From NCBI RefSeq assembly GCF_009914755.1, contig NC_060934.1: 64,000 nt of DNA; one strand, written 5' to 3'. A program made the position numbers and the translations under genes. Shown here one piece after another: positions 29,150 to 42,249 of this stretch. Origin of the DNA: the human T2T-CHM13v2.0 reference genome, Homo sapiens. Under the pieces are notes generated by a model. That model saw only the letters and a program-made list of their open reading frames with translations. It was not told the DNA's origin and did no database searches. Every line of letters begins with the position of its first letter. The first letter of the stretch is position 1.

Positions 29150-30600
29150 AAAAGCAGAGAGTCATATATCTATATCATGGTCTCTTCTTAGATGAATGGG
29201 GATATCCTAGAAATCCTTTTTCCACATTGCCTTTTTACTCAGTAATATATCCTGGAGATTATTTCACAGCTGTGTATGAAATATCCTCACATCCTCTTTA
29301 GAGATACATAGTTTTTTCATTGTATGGGTGGACCATAGTTTATTCAACCATTCTTCTGTTAATAGGTATTTAGGTGATTTTCAGTTTTGTCAATCAGATA
29401 TCTCTACTCATCTCTACTTTGCTGATCATATATCTCTACTTAACAAGATAACTTATGTAGTTGTCTTATATTTTTGCCAATATATCGTCTAGAGTCTTAG
29501 AAGTTGGATTGCCAATTGAAAGGGTTGAAGTGCATAAAAATTTGCTAGATATTGCCAATTTACCTTTCACATTGGTTTTTACCCTTTGATATTCCCACCA
29601 GTGATTTCTAAGAATGCCTTTTCATAGACTTCTTAAGAATATGTTGTCAAGCTTTTTGTAATTTTGGTAATATGATTGCGAAATGTTATCTGTGCAGTTT
29701 TAATTTTCATATCTCATTATGAGTGAGGCTAGACATCTTTTCATGTGTTTAAGGCACATTTATTTTCTCTGAACTTGCTCTTAGAGTCTCTTATGAGATT
29801 TTTCTTGACGTTTGTCTCCATTTTTAGAAAGTTTTTATATATTAGGGATAATTAGGAATAATAACCTTTGCAATATAAGTTGCAAGCCTTCTTTGTCATT
29901 TATTATATCTTTTGGAATTCCTTGTGGTTATTTTTGCCCTGTAGTTTGTTTTCATTTTAGTGTTGTCAAATATATAAATCCTTTTTCTTAAAGAATTTGG
30001 ATTTTGTGTCATAGTTAAGAAAATTTTCACAGTCCCAGATTATGAAGAATTCACCCATTTTTTTGTAGTCTGTGTAAGATTCATTTAATTTTTTACCATT
30101 TAAATACTTGTTCCATTTGGAATAAATCTTAGAGCCCAATATGAAGAATAGATCCAATCTTAATTATGTGGTGATCCAACAAAACTTATTAAATAATCAT
30201 TTTTCTCCTACTGATTTGAGATACTGCCTTTACTGTGCACTATATTTCCATATAAAATTACGTCTATTTTTGAATTTTTTATTTTTATTGATATATTTGT
30301 TTGTTCATTCATTAGTACTACACTGTCTTAATTATAAAGGTTTTATAATTAACTTTATTATCTGAAAGGGCTACCCACCACATCCCCACTAGCCTTCACT
30401 CTTCCTTTCCTGGATTTTTGTGGCTACTCTTGCTTTCCTGTTCTTAGAGATGTATGTTATAATTAAGTTTTATAGCTACAGGAAACAATATGAAGGAATT
30501 GGTATTGCTAATTCATTGAATTTATAAATCAACCTAAGGAAGATCTTTGTTATATTGATTCCTTCTAAGAACATAGTATGTCTTTTCAGTTGTTCATGGC
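29150..30600 (-). mobile_element. Ancient L1ME-type fragment
   Basis: tttattcaaccattc, tattcccaccagtg, gagtgaggctagacatcttttcatgtg, ttgttccatttggaat; strongly T-biased. Confidence 0.65.
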
Positions 30601-33099
30601 TGAGTACATTTGACTTCTTTTTTTGCGATGGGTTGTGGGACAGGGAGACACTAAATCTTTGTTACTAGCCTGCTCCTTCTTCCACTGCAAAACCCAAAGA
30701 AACACATATCCTAGCTTTCTATTTGGAGACACACATGTCCTACCTTTCTATGTGGATTATTCTTCAAAACTGATATGAATTTGAATTTCACTGGCCATGT
30801 GCACCTGGGGCTCCTGTATCACGCTGTTCAGTATAGCATTACTGGAAACCCAGGGCTGCTGGTCAGAAGATATGCAGTAGCATCTTCTGTTGAATCTTTT
30901 TTTTTGTACAGACCAGGCATAATCCCATTAGTCGTGAGAAATATTTGGAAAGTTGGGTGACTCCTAGAGACTCCTAGTTGGTAGAACTCCACTTTAAGCT
31001 GCCAATCATGTTTAAGAAAACTAAAATCAGAAAGGCTGAGCTTGCAAAAACTGTCTCAAAATGACAGGCATCAGTCCCTCTTTCCAAAATTTTATGTAAT
31101 CCTCTAAAACTGACAGTGGCACAGAAAAAGAAATATAGTAAGCAAAGAGACTATTTTGCTGTGAATCAGAACACCTAAACCTCCCTGCCTTTCCCACATT
31201 CCCTGCGGTGAAATTGGAACTTTAAATGGAACCTTAATAATGGAACAATCTCCAGGTTTATTGATTTTCTTCAAGTTCATTAACCTACTCAGGTGTGGTT
31301 TTGCTTTCCAACATAAAGCAGAGTCTAATTCTGAGTCCTCGATGTTAAGTTATTTGAAGTGCTGAAAGGAACATAGAAGTTAGTTGGAAACTAATTCAAT
31401 CAGCTGTAGTTACAAGCAGAAAGCAATATAAGTATTCATTAGAAAATATTTGTTTACTTAATGCTACAAAGCATAAGAGATAGTTTTCAAATATATATAA
31501 AATAAAATTGACTTACTGTAAGGAATTAAATACCAGAGCCAGGGGAAATTTAAATCTGGACACAATGTTGAGGTCCTTGGGTAGGGGATGGAGTTGAAAG
31601 CATTAGAATTCAGAAGTACTGAAGAATCTCAGATATTTATGACTGATGAGGTGGATATTCATTTCTAAATTTCCTAGAGTCCAAGATAAAAAGAAAAATA
31701 TAGTAAATAACTTCATTTTCTATGTAGGAGGTATAAAATGGTGGACTTATACTGTCTTCAACAAAAACTTTACTAAATGTACTAACATCTCTATTGCTCC
31801 TTCTTGTGGCAGCTGTTAACATCAGGCAAAATCATGATGCTAAAGTATGAAGGATGATTCAAATGGAGATTCTGAGACAATATGATTCAAAATGAGTGTT
31901 CAGCTAAGCTTGCAGTCTCAATAACCATGAAGTAATGCCTTGTAGGGGGCCAAGAGGAAAAGAGATATTTGAGAATGATGACTGTTAAATTATTCCGAAT
32001 TATAAAATCACGAGGTATTTAAAGTCAGCTACTCTCAGAAGAGCCAATGGAACCATGCTTTATTATTTCTAGAAAACCAAAATTATTAAAGCTTTTTTCC
32101 TGCATTGCTTTTTTACTGCTTTTATGGTCACACCAAAGCCCTGAAGGATGCCCTTCTTTAAAAATACAATTTTTGGTGTCACATGGGTGGGGCCCAAAGC
32201 CCACAGCATTGAAACCCAATGGAATTGTGAATCCCTGGTGGAAGCATTAAACATCTTGTGATGGCCTCTCCATCTACGTGGTTCACAAAGCTGGGGTGGA
32301 AAGTCTGCAGAGTGGCCGACTGTTAATGGACATTGCTGGCTACCTCACACTTTTCTGGAAATTGTGCATTGGAAAATATATGTTTTTATTTTTATTTTTT
32401 TGGCTTGGTAATGGTTGCTGTGCAAAGCATCCCAATATCAAATTTATTGGCTTCATTAGTAATTAGTAAAGGTTTTATGAATAAACTGATGGCACATAAA
32501 TGTTTAGTTTATGCTATACACTGCTTCCAAATCATAGTACTTGCTGTGATTTATGAGATAAAATGAGAATGGAAAAATATGGGCTGCAGTGTGCATTGCC
32601 AGTGAAAAAAAGCAGTTGCGCGGTCCTTTAATAGTGTCACACCGGGCCTCCCACTAATGAAGAGAAAGAGGTCTGAAGGGCACCTGCCATTAGAGCAATT
32701 CACCAACTTTTGCTGGCTGGAAATCAGGGTCTGGGTGTCTCTTCAGATGGTGTGGGTGTACTTGCCATGCTGACATTTAAGTTCCTACAGTAGCCTACAG
32801 GTCAAGGGAGACCTGGGAACTGACTTCTCCAGATCAACATTGCAGATGGCACAGAAGCCTGGGAGCTCCTTTTTCCTAGCCTTTCTGCTGTTTGAACTGC
32901 TCTGTCTGTTTTTCTTTATAGAAGTAAAACAAGAAGAGGATTGGGCATCCTTAAGTGAGGATAAATAAAGCCTTTGTTTATTTATTTATTTTTCCCTTTC
33001 TACTATTTCCAAAGCATCCTTTGGAAATACTTGATGGAAACACTGCTGGCTATTTGTATGACTGTTCTCACTCTGAACAGGGGAAGAGGTATTGCTTTT

Positions 33100-33295
33100 G
33101 GAGTCACATGGAGTTGTGTTCAGATCTTACATCTGCCGCTTAGCTATGTGAGCAAGTTATGTCACTTCTCTGAGCCTCACTGCTCTGTGAAATGGGAACA
33201 GTGCTTCTTACCACAGAGGTTTGTTGTAGGGTTTAAATGAAATAAATCATGCAAAGTACATTGTGCAGTACTTGGCACACAGGAGGCCCTCGGTA
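33100..33295 (+). mobile_element. MIR SINE
   Basis: gcaagttatgtcacttctctgagcctcac..gtgaaatggg..aaatgaaataa..cttggcacacagg. Confidence 0.85.
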
Positions 33296-33949
33296 AAAGT
33301 TTGTGCTCTGACCCTTGTCATAATTAGATACCAGATCCAGGCTCCTTTAAAGGCAGTGCCACCCTGAAGGCATTCATAAAGTTGATGCAAGTTTTACAAA
33401 GCCATGCATTATTCTGAGAATGGCTCTGACTTTGCACTGCTGGCTCATGCAGAGAAAGCTAACCTCCTGTAACCTGGCAACTGAGGAGACTGAGGGACTT
33501 CCAGAACCCTGGGGCTGGCTGGGGGAACTCTCTGGAATGGGGATTTTGTTTTCTCCAGAGGCAGGTGTCTTCTCCTAGAACTAGACAAACAGGAGCACTG
33601 GTTGTGACGTTAGGTTATGGAGAACCAGCAGCTTAACTAGGCCTTAGGAGGAAATGGACCTCATGGGCCTTCTATGGCTCAGCTGAATTCTCAGAACATT
33701 GTCTGGGCTCCTGTAGATAATTAGTCTTGAGACTTACAATAACCAATCTCATCAAACACCAACATGTAAACCAGGTGCCGAATTACTTTGTGTTGTGATG
33801 AGTATTCATTCCTCCCACCTAGATCCCTCCCCATCAAATATCATGGGACCCTATGAGCAATTAAGAATCATCAAAATAATCCAAAGAACCACCATTTATG
33901 GAGTGCCCACTGTGTGCTCAATACAAATATTTATCTTTTAAAAAATAAC

Positions 33950-34257
33950 TTCAAATTTTATTTTATTTTAGATTCATGGGGTACATGCACAGGTTTGTTA
34001 CATGACTATATTGTGTGATGCTACGGTTTGGGGTATGGATCCTATCACCCAGATAGTGAGCACAGTACCCAACAGATAACTTTTAAATCCTTGCCCCTTC
34101 TCCCTTCACCCTCTAGTAGTTCCCAGCATCTATTGTTGGCATCTTTATGTCCATGAGTACCAATGTTTAGCTCCTACTTATAAGTGAGAACATGTGGTAT
34201 TTGTTTTGCTGTTTCTGTGTTAATTCGCTTAGGATAATGGTCTCCAGCTGCATCCAC
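33950..34257 (-). mobile_element. L1PA15/16-like 3' end
   Basis: gggggtacatgcacaggtttgttacatg..cctatcacccagatagtgagcacagtaccc..gtgagaacatgtggtatttg. Confidence 0.88.
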
Positions 34258-34267
34258 AAACATTTAT

Positions 34268-34775
34268 CTTAATCTTAGGTTGGGTTTCCCTAAAAGCAGG
34301 GCCTGGGACCAGAGCTTGTATGCAGTTATTTTGGATGTGACCCAGGAGATAGGAGTGAGGGGGCTGGAAAAAATAAAATAGTGGAGAAAGGAAGACATGC
34401 CAAGGATGTGTTATTGGGCTGGTTTTTGTAGTAGACAACTGGGCATCAATCCCGCTGGAGACTCTGAATAGGCACTTCAGAATGTCTGCCTATGACTTAG
34501 ACATGTTCATTTTCTGATTTCTGTCCACCATTGGTCATATGTTACTCCAGGGGTATTAACTCTTTCTAGCTTCTAGGTGTGTGCATGTGCCAAAATGGCT
34601 GATTAGACTCCTGTAAGGCATCCCACAGCAAGGGGCACGGAAGATCAAGGACAGGATGCAGGTGATGCTTGGTGCAGCTGAGCCGAGGTGCTCTGAAGCT
34701 GCTGCTCTGTGCAACCAGTGGCTGCATCAATAACCAGATCAAAAAAGTAATCTGAGAGGATGTGAGACAGGGCAC
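34268..34775 (-). mobile_element. Old ERVL-class LTR (subfamily uncertain)
   Basis: tcttaggttgggtttccctaaaagcagggcctg..gttattttggatgtgacccagga resembles the antisense terminus of ancient ERVL LTRs. Confidence 0.5.
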
Positions 34776-34779
34776 AACC

Positions 34780-34960
34780 TGCAATCCTCATAGCAGCCCC
34801 TCAAGGTGGATGATACTGGTGTCACTTCACTGATGGAATAAATGATACTTAGAGAAGGGAAATAACTCACTTAAGGTCTAGTGGCTCAAATGGCAGGGCC
34901 AACACTGAAATGTAGGCTTGGGTTAACTTTAAAACATGTGCCATGTGACTTCTCTGCCAT
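34780..34960 (-). mobile_element. MIR fragment
   Basis: aatcctcatagcagccc..gatacttagagaagggaaataactcacttaaggtc..tggcagggcc. Confidence 0.65.
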
Positions 34961-34984
34961 GGCCCTAGACTAGACACCTTACAA

Positions 34985-35433
34985 TTGTCCCTCTAAATTC
35001 CCTCTTCTGCTTCTCTACCCCAAGATGATGATCTATAGGGAGTTTGTCAAGGTGCTCTCTTTGCCTCTGGCTTCTGGCTGGGGTGGCACAAAGGGGAACA
35101 CCAGCAAGTGGTCAAAGAGAGAAAGGAGGATATGGTTGGGGAAGTTATTTCTTTCACTCCCTCCTTGCCAGGTTGCATGCAATCAGCTACGTTTCCAGTT
35201 GGAAGATTGCAGCTCTTCCCAGGCTGTGTCTCTCCACGCTTCTCTTTCCACCTAAGTTCTTGTGGATGCTGCCTTTCCTTGCCCCTTGAATCCTGGGAGG
35301 GGAGGCAATATTAATAGTCTACTGTGATTTCCTCACACCCTGCCCTCACCTTTGTAAACAGTCACTTCATAACACCTCTTAGAATTATCCTAGTTTGAGT
35401 GTGCTATGTACTCCTGGGACCCTGATTGATACA
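34985..35433 (+). mobile_element. LTR33-like ERVL LTR
   Basis: Ends ccctgccctcacctttgtaaacagtc..tttgagtgtgcta..gggaccctgattgataca. Confidence 0.7.
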
Positions 35434-36629
35434 GCCACCTCCCAGATGTGGGTGGAAAAGAGCCACGGATTGATCTCTGGTTAGGTCTGCCTCCACGTCA
35501 CTTACCCACAGGAGAAACAATCTCTCAAGTGGCCAAAGACAGCTTGCAGGCAAGACCCCATCTGTCCACATAGCAAGCAATGCTGAGAAAAAGCAACACA
35601 TCATTGCTCATGATTTCCCCTGATCTGTCTTCTAGGCTGACAGACATCTTCTCGTCCACACAATTTCTCTCCGATATAATAATATCTCAACAATAAAAGC
35701 TTAACTTTCAGTTATATTTAGCTTTGATGTCACAGCCCATCTCTGCCTTCTTTAGTTGAGGTGACATCTAATTTTTGAGGTGCTCCTGCATGTGGTTAAT
35801 CTCCTTAGTTCCAGATGAATTTTGCACATTTTCCTCATGGAGAATCAGAGTATATCCAAGTACTTGTGAGAGAGAGAAGAGCCCTCTTTCAATTCAATTC
35901 ATCAGGTGGTAAGCGTGTTGGACTGATGCACCAACTACCTCCTTAAAGTCCAGAACATCTTCCCTTCAGTGGCTGGACTAGGCTGGGAGGATGGGAAAGG
36001 TGAGCCCTCCCTGCAACTGAAATTCCACTTGCATGCCTCTCAACACCTCTAGGTGTTGGAGAACTCACTGCATTCATTTTGAATAAAAAGAGACCGGCTC
36101 TGGGTTTGAACAAACATGTTTTTATTCAAGGTTTAAACATTTATTTTATGGCTCCCCTGCTGGGTTTCTGATTGTTTCCCTTTCCTCGGAGCATGAATGA
36201 TTGTTTATTAAACACAATAATAATAATAAAGTGGAGGTAGGGTCTCTTAGCTGGCATTAGTTCAGATTCTAATTTAATCCTTCCCCAGCCTCACTTCATT
36301 ACAACTCTATTCCGTTGCGTATTTCATAACCAGCATGTGTCACGGTGAATGAAGTCAAGCTTCAGAATAACATGTCAGTAAGATGATTGTTCATGGAACA
36401 CACAGTACCCCTAGTCTATGATTAAAAAAGAAAGCAACCTGGCTCAAAAAATAAGAAATTTGCTTCACTACATAGAACCCAGGAGCAAAGGCCTCTTTCC
36501 TGCCTTTTTCCTGTTCCCTGAATATCAGGGCAGGGAGTGATGTTTCCTGGCCTCCTAGGGGTGAGAGGACTCTTCTGGACAGAAGGGCATGTACCTTTGA
36601 TTCTTATCTTTCCAGTAACAGCACGCTTA

Positions 36630-36810
36630 GGCCACAGTAGGCTCTGTGTCTTATTACCGATATGACCCCAGCTCCTTCAGCTACAGAGTGGAGTGATAAT
36701 AGCTACATTCCTACAGCTGTTATGCAGATTACAAAACATGATATAGTACAAGTGATTAGCAGAGTGCCTAGCACACAGCGAATGCTCAATGCATAGTGGC
36801 TGTTTTTATT
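36630..36810 (+). mobile_element. MIR fragment
   Basis: gataatagctac..gctgttatgcagatta..gcagagtgcctagcacacagcgaatgctcaat. Confidence 0.7.
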
Positions 36811-38344
36811 ATTGTGCAAGATTGCACTCCAAATAGCCTTAACAATTGTCAGAGATATTGATTGCCTCAAAGGGCAGGATTCTGGGAAAAGATAAAGATG
36901 ATGTTGTTCAGAACATAGGTCTGAATATTGGTGAGCACAAAGACTCAGAAATGGAAGAAAACATCAGCAAAATAGTTTGGGGTTATAATGGGATAAAAGG
37001 ACATCTTTTGATTTGGGGGTTGAACTCTCCAAGAACATGTTCAAATTACCTAAAAAGAGATGGCTGCTAAGCTGTTATGTATAAGATAAGATGGGATCGA
37101 GGAAGAGATAGGAGCCTGGGGTCTGGGAAAGGGTAGCTGGGGTGGAGTGGAGGCAGCAGGGTGTGAATTTAAAGTTAGAGGAAGTCAAAAACTTGGGAAA
37201 ACAGAAATATCCAGGAGAGCTTTCAAAGCTCTTTGGTGTAAGGTATATGATAAAAACCTCTTCCCTCCTCCAGGACAGCTTCAGGCAAATCCATCTAGTT
37301 TACAAATTCTTTTGTGTGAGTGGAATTTTTAGGGAAACTGAAAGTCACTGAGTTCTACCAGCTGAGAACAAAAATAGCTTTATGAGACAGAAGACAGAAA
37401 GTAAGGCAGCTGGCCTCTGTGTTGTAGGAAGAGACACATCTTAGATGTCCTATGAGGCTGACAGTGTCTGCCAGATAGGGGCTCTGCAGCACAGGGATTG
37501 GTTGGACTCCAATTGACAGACACTCAGCCAGGCTTCACTTGTCATAGTTCAAGGTGGGTCAGGTCTAGTTTCTAATAAAGCAAGCTCCCCACTCTCTCCC
37601 ACCCATCAACTCTCTGCAAGTGGTGATAATATTTTGAAATGAGATCATCTTGAGCAGAATTGTATTCTTGAGAATTTCCATTGAATGTCATGCTCTGGTT
37701 AGTTTAGAACCAAGAAACTTACTCAAGGAAAAGCTAAAATCAGGAACAGGAATATACAGTTATCCGTATCATATTATGGCCAGTTGTGGGTCCTAGCCAT
37801 CTATGCTAAAGTTGGTTAACTCTGCCCAGAAACATGCAGAGCCCAGGTGACCCACCTGGGGCTGGGCTCATGACCAGGCAGTGTGTTCTAGATTTTAGAC
37901 TTGGCCCACTTTTCCAACTGCATGTGAGCCTCTTAATAAACAACAGTATTTCTAAATAACAACAAGATTTTCTTGTATTCTGACACTCAAAGCACCTTGG
38001 AGTGAAAATAGATTCAGTGGTCCATTCTGACCACTGGATCTGTGGTGATGTCCCACTAGTCATGAGGCATACAGCCATACTTTTTTCTCTGGGAGGAGTG
38101 TATCCCCTGAGAGTTATCCAAGGCCTTGAGAATTTTGTTATGGGCTATTGATGGCCTTGATGTCTCTCAGCATTGACATTTTTTTCAGTCAAGCTCAAAG
38201 ACATGATGTCAGGACGTCCTGGTCGCAGAAACTCCTCCATTTCTCACTTAGCCTGTCACATGGCTCCTATTGCTTAGCTAGGATTTCAGCAGCTGGGCAA
38301 AGGGACTAGGCCTCAGCTTTTAACAGCACTGAGAAAGTTTCAGT

Positions 38345-39135
38345 GCCTCCTTCCTTGATGCCTATCTTCCCCTGGTTTCTGGGATATTGCACTCTATGGC
38401 TGTCTCATGCCTCACTGGAAGTAATCCTTCATTTTTCTCTTTTCTCTCACTCTGCACATCCAACTGATCAGAGGATTTCCAGAGTTTGACAACTGCTCCC
38501 CTATCCTCTACCACCATCTACTCCAAGTCTCCATGGCTTGTTACCCAGTCGTGGCCAGAGGAGTCCTAAATTTCACATACAGTTTAGTCTCCAGAGTGAG
38601 TCCTTTACACAGCATTCTTGCTGGAGCCAGGGAGATTGTTGTCATATGTAAATCTAAACATGGCTCTCTTATCCAATAACTTGATATGGCAAACTAAAAT
38701 TCCAAATCCGCATCAGACCCTCCAAAGTCTTAAATTATCTGGTGCCTGCTTTGACTTCATCTTTTCACCAGCAATATTGGTGCCCTCACTGTTCCTGCAG
38801 CACACCAGGGATGCTCTTGTTAGGCTGGGGGCTTTGCACTTGCTCTTCTTTAAGCCAGCACTGAACCTCTCTCACATACACTCATAGCTCAGCCCTCACT
38901 GTGTTCAGGCTTCTGTTCATCAGAGAGCTGTCGCTCACCCTCACCACCTCCCATTGCTTTCTATACTCTTACATTTTTTGTTCTTCATAGAATTATTTCT
39001 GTTTTCATATTACATATTGATCTCCCTTCTCTAAAGTATAAGCTTGGTATGTTTTGTTCACACCCTATTCTTAACACCTAAAATAGTGTCAGACACAAAA
39101 TAGACACTCCATAACTATTTGCCAAATGGATGAGG
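38345..39135 (+). mobile_element. L2 fragment
   Basis: ctttacacagc..gccagggagatt, ggggctttgcacttgct, terminal gtgtcagacacaaaatagacactcc..tatttgccaaatggatga. Confidence 0.7.
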
Positions 39136-39374
39136 GTACAGGTAAATTAGGGGATGAGAAAGTACATGGACTCCTAATGTGAAGAACATTCATATACAAT
39201 AGAATTGGATTCATTCAAACTTTTCTATAAGCCAATCAATCTCTTAGGGAAGGAGCCCCCATTGTCACTTGGCAATGTCCCTGGATCTGAAATAGGTGGG
39301 GTGCAGCAGTGGTGGAGAGTCATGGACAAACTGATATAGAAGACCCCATTTGTTCATTTTATTTAGCTTGTTCT

Positions 39375-39592
39375 AGAGTCTTTGGACTAGAAAAGCTATG
39401 GATATGAGCCTTGCTTCTGATATAGCAGCTGTTTGTTCTTGGGAAAGTTACTTAACTTTTTGAGCCTGCGTTATGCAAAACTGCAAAACTGGGATGTATA
39501 TAGGGCCTCCCTCACACAGTTATTTTCCAGATTATATATATATATATGTATATATCCAGCACATAGTAAATGCTCAATAACGAGTAGCTGCT
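39375..39592 (+). mobile_element. MIR SINE
   Basis: cttgggaaagttacttaactttttgagcct..gcaaaactggg..cagcacatagtaaatgctcaataa. Confidence 0.8.
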
Positions 39593-39660
39593 CTGATGAT
39601 GGGGATAATGATGGTGATGAGGATGATGATAGTGGTGGTGATGAAGAAGGATGATGATGC
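39593..39660. repeat. Degenerate (GAT/GGT)n triplet repeat
   Basis: gatgatggggataatgatggtgatgaggatgatgatagtggtggtgatgaagaaggatgatgat, extending from the MIR tail. Confidence 0.85.
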
Positions 39661-41139
39661 TGTCACTGGGAAGGCCATATTGCTTAGAAAAAGATATGAG
39701 CCCAGGAACAGGAGACTGGTTGTTCAAGGCTTCCCTCTAGCTGGGCTGATAAGAGTCATAGAACAAAGACATATTGGATAAATACTTCTCATCTGTCAAT
39801 AACCTTCTCCTACAATGAAGCTCTTCCATCCAGGCCCAGGTCCTCTGGGCAAGTATGGTGAGAACATGACTTTGTATTATTCCCAGCTCATGGTTGCAGA
39901 GCCACTGCAGGTGTTAGCAGCTGTGATTGGATGACACATGGAAGGCAAATGATTCAGACTCACTCTCAGCTCATTGTTCTTCTGCAAAAGTCTGTTGACA
40001 TTCACCCTCCCGGGCAGTTAGAAACGTAAAGACCTCCAGGTCTTGTTCAGAGCAGAGCCAGGCATTCTGTAGCTCACACAACTCCCCATGGCCCCAATGT
40101 CTGCCTCACTGTCATCACTGGTCTCTTGCTGTGTGTGGCCAACTACGTCTCCCTGTCTCTCTAGGTCTTTCTCTTTCTTTCTCCTTCTACTTCTTCCTCA
40201 TTTTCCCTTTCTCCTCCTCTCTTGGCTCTTCTCCTATTCTCCTTACTTAGATATTCCTGGAGCACTTTCTATCTGGATTTTTTAAATAGCTTTGATGCAG
40301 GCCATCCAATTGTTTTGGGGGATTTTTCTGGTATGAGACTCAATCTCCAGAAACAGACATTTTGATACCTACCTACATGTTTTTCAGATGACAGACTTAT
40401 CCAGTTTTTTTCATAAATATTTTAAATAATTGCTGTTGAAAATTGCTCACAATATCCAAAGGAAAATATTCAAAGTATTCACTCTCCATGGTATCTGACA
40501 GGAAAACTGCCTGCCTGTTGGAACAAACAAAATAAGCTTGTCAACGATTTCTATAGAAATTTTCTATTATTTCCCTCCCACATAAAATCCTATAAAACAT
40601 TTTTTCTGGTGCAGCAACTTAAAAAATAAAAGAGGCTGGAGAGGATACAGCTATCTTACTGAATGAGAAATAATTTTTCTACTCTAATTATTTCCGTTCT
40701 GCTGGTCTCCTCTAGTGTTGGGAAACAGGGAGATAAAATACTCTTTATTTCAACCTATTCTGGTAATTTAGATAATGACAATAATTATAAGACAGGAAAA
40801 GATGTTTATAAGGTGACCCTTTTCTAACTTCTATAGAAGAGCTCAAAGTAAACAAGGAAGATGACAAATTATTACTCCAAGCCCTGTGGTGAGTGCTTTA
40901 CATCTTTGATCTAATTGAATCCTAGAAATCCTTTAACAAGTACCCACAAATAGATGCGTGCACATAAATGTATGTACACATGTCCACAGTTATCTTAGGG
41001 GCTTTAAAGGTATACCATCTGAGGCTGCAGGGAGATGCCTTACAGTAGAAGGATCTGGGTTGGGAGTTGGGAGGAGGCTCTGTTTTGGACTTGCTTCAAT
41101 CCTTCCCCACTGGATTTTCACATCCTGAGAAGTTGCTCT

Positions 41140-41380
41140 TTAAAATTTTGTTTAAATTGACATAAATAACCATACATATTTATGGGATACAGTGTGATGT
41201 TTCCATATATGTATACATTGTGTAACGACCAAAGCAGGATTTTTAACATATCCATCGTCTCAAATTTGGATTCTTTCCTTATGGTGAGAATGTTCAAAAT
41301 CCTCTCTTCTAGCTATTTTGAAATATGCCATACAGTATTGTTAACCACAGTCCCCCTGCTGTGCAACAGAACACTGGGAC
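41140..41380 (-). mobile_element. L1MA 3' end fragment
   Basis: aattgacataaataa..catatttatgggatacagtgtgatgttt..cctctttctagctattttgaaat. Confidence 0.85.
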
Positions 41381-41783
41381 TTTGAAGGGATCCTATCATA
41401 TCACTTTCCCCTTTGATATTGCTACTGCTAGGGAGCGCCTGACTAGAAAGTCAGGCAAGGCGGGACTGATGCCAGAGCAATCCTGGCCCCAGGGTGGGCT
41501 TGGCTGGAGCCCAGATGTTGCCCCTGTAGCTGAGGGAAAAATTATTAGCAATACCCCAACCCAGAGAGGGGCCAGCCTTTCCCTCCAGGGCTTCTCATGG
41601 TTAGTGCTGGCAGAAGGTCTTGTCCTTCAACTTCAATTCAGCAGATAGAAGAAAAAGCCTATGTATCAATTACATGTCAGAGGGAGAGCTAAGAGCCATG
41701 CTCTGGGGTTGCTGTGTGGGTGGTCCCATGTAAGTAATTACACTGTCCACTTCCAGGATCACAGCTTTCCCTGGAGCCTTTTG

Positions 41784-41919
41784 GGAATGAGACTATAAAT
41801 AGCTCTAGCTTTGCTTGCAGGGAGGTGACCCTCCCAATACAGTTGGCTACAGAAAAGAGCAGAGGAAGTGATAGACCCTGTGTGGCAGCACCTGCAAAGC
41901 GTGGTGATAAGCGGTAAGT
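41784..41919 (+). promoter_or_regulatory. Candidate TATA promoter / first exon (TEAD, MEF2-TATA, ETS, E-box, GATA, GTAAGT donor)
   Basis: GGAATG 41784-41789, CTATAAATAG 41793-41802, GAGGAAGT 41862-41869, CACCTG 41889-41894, TGATAA 41905-41910, GCG|GTAAGT at 41913/41914. Motif-based only. Confidence 0.4.
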
Positions 41920-42249
41920 GGTGGGAATGACATGGAGGGCAAGGAAGCTAGCAGTTGGTATAGTCCCCTCCTCAGACTCCTCCTGCGGACCAGGCTGCCA
42001 TTACACAGCCTTCCCAGGCAGGGCCAATCTCAGCCGTGCAGAGAGCATCTCTAGCGGACTGTGCTGGGACCCGGGGTCACAGGGCTTCCCTGGGCACAGG
42101 GATATCCGTGGTTCCCTGGAGCACAAAGCATGCGCTGAGGATGAGCTCGTGTCTTCTCTGGAGTGTGAATGTTGAGTGGGAGGGCCGTGAGCAGGTGGGG
42201 CTCTCTAGGCTTCTTCCAGCCTTCTTGGGGGAAGAGGCCACAGCTTCAA

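Noticed and set aside
39433-39781. Poly-Asp, poly-His and Met-rich ORFs
   Set aside because: Translations of a (GAT)n repeat at a MIR tail.
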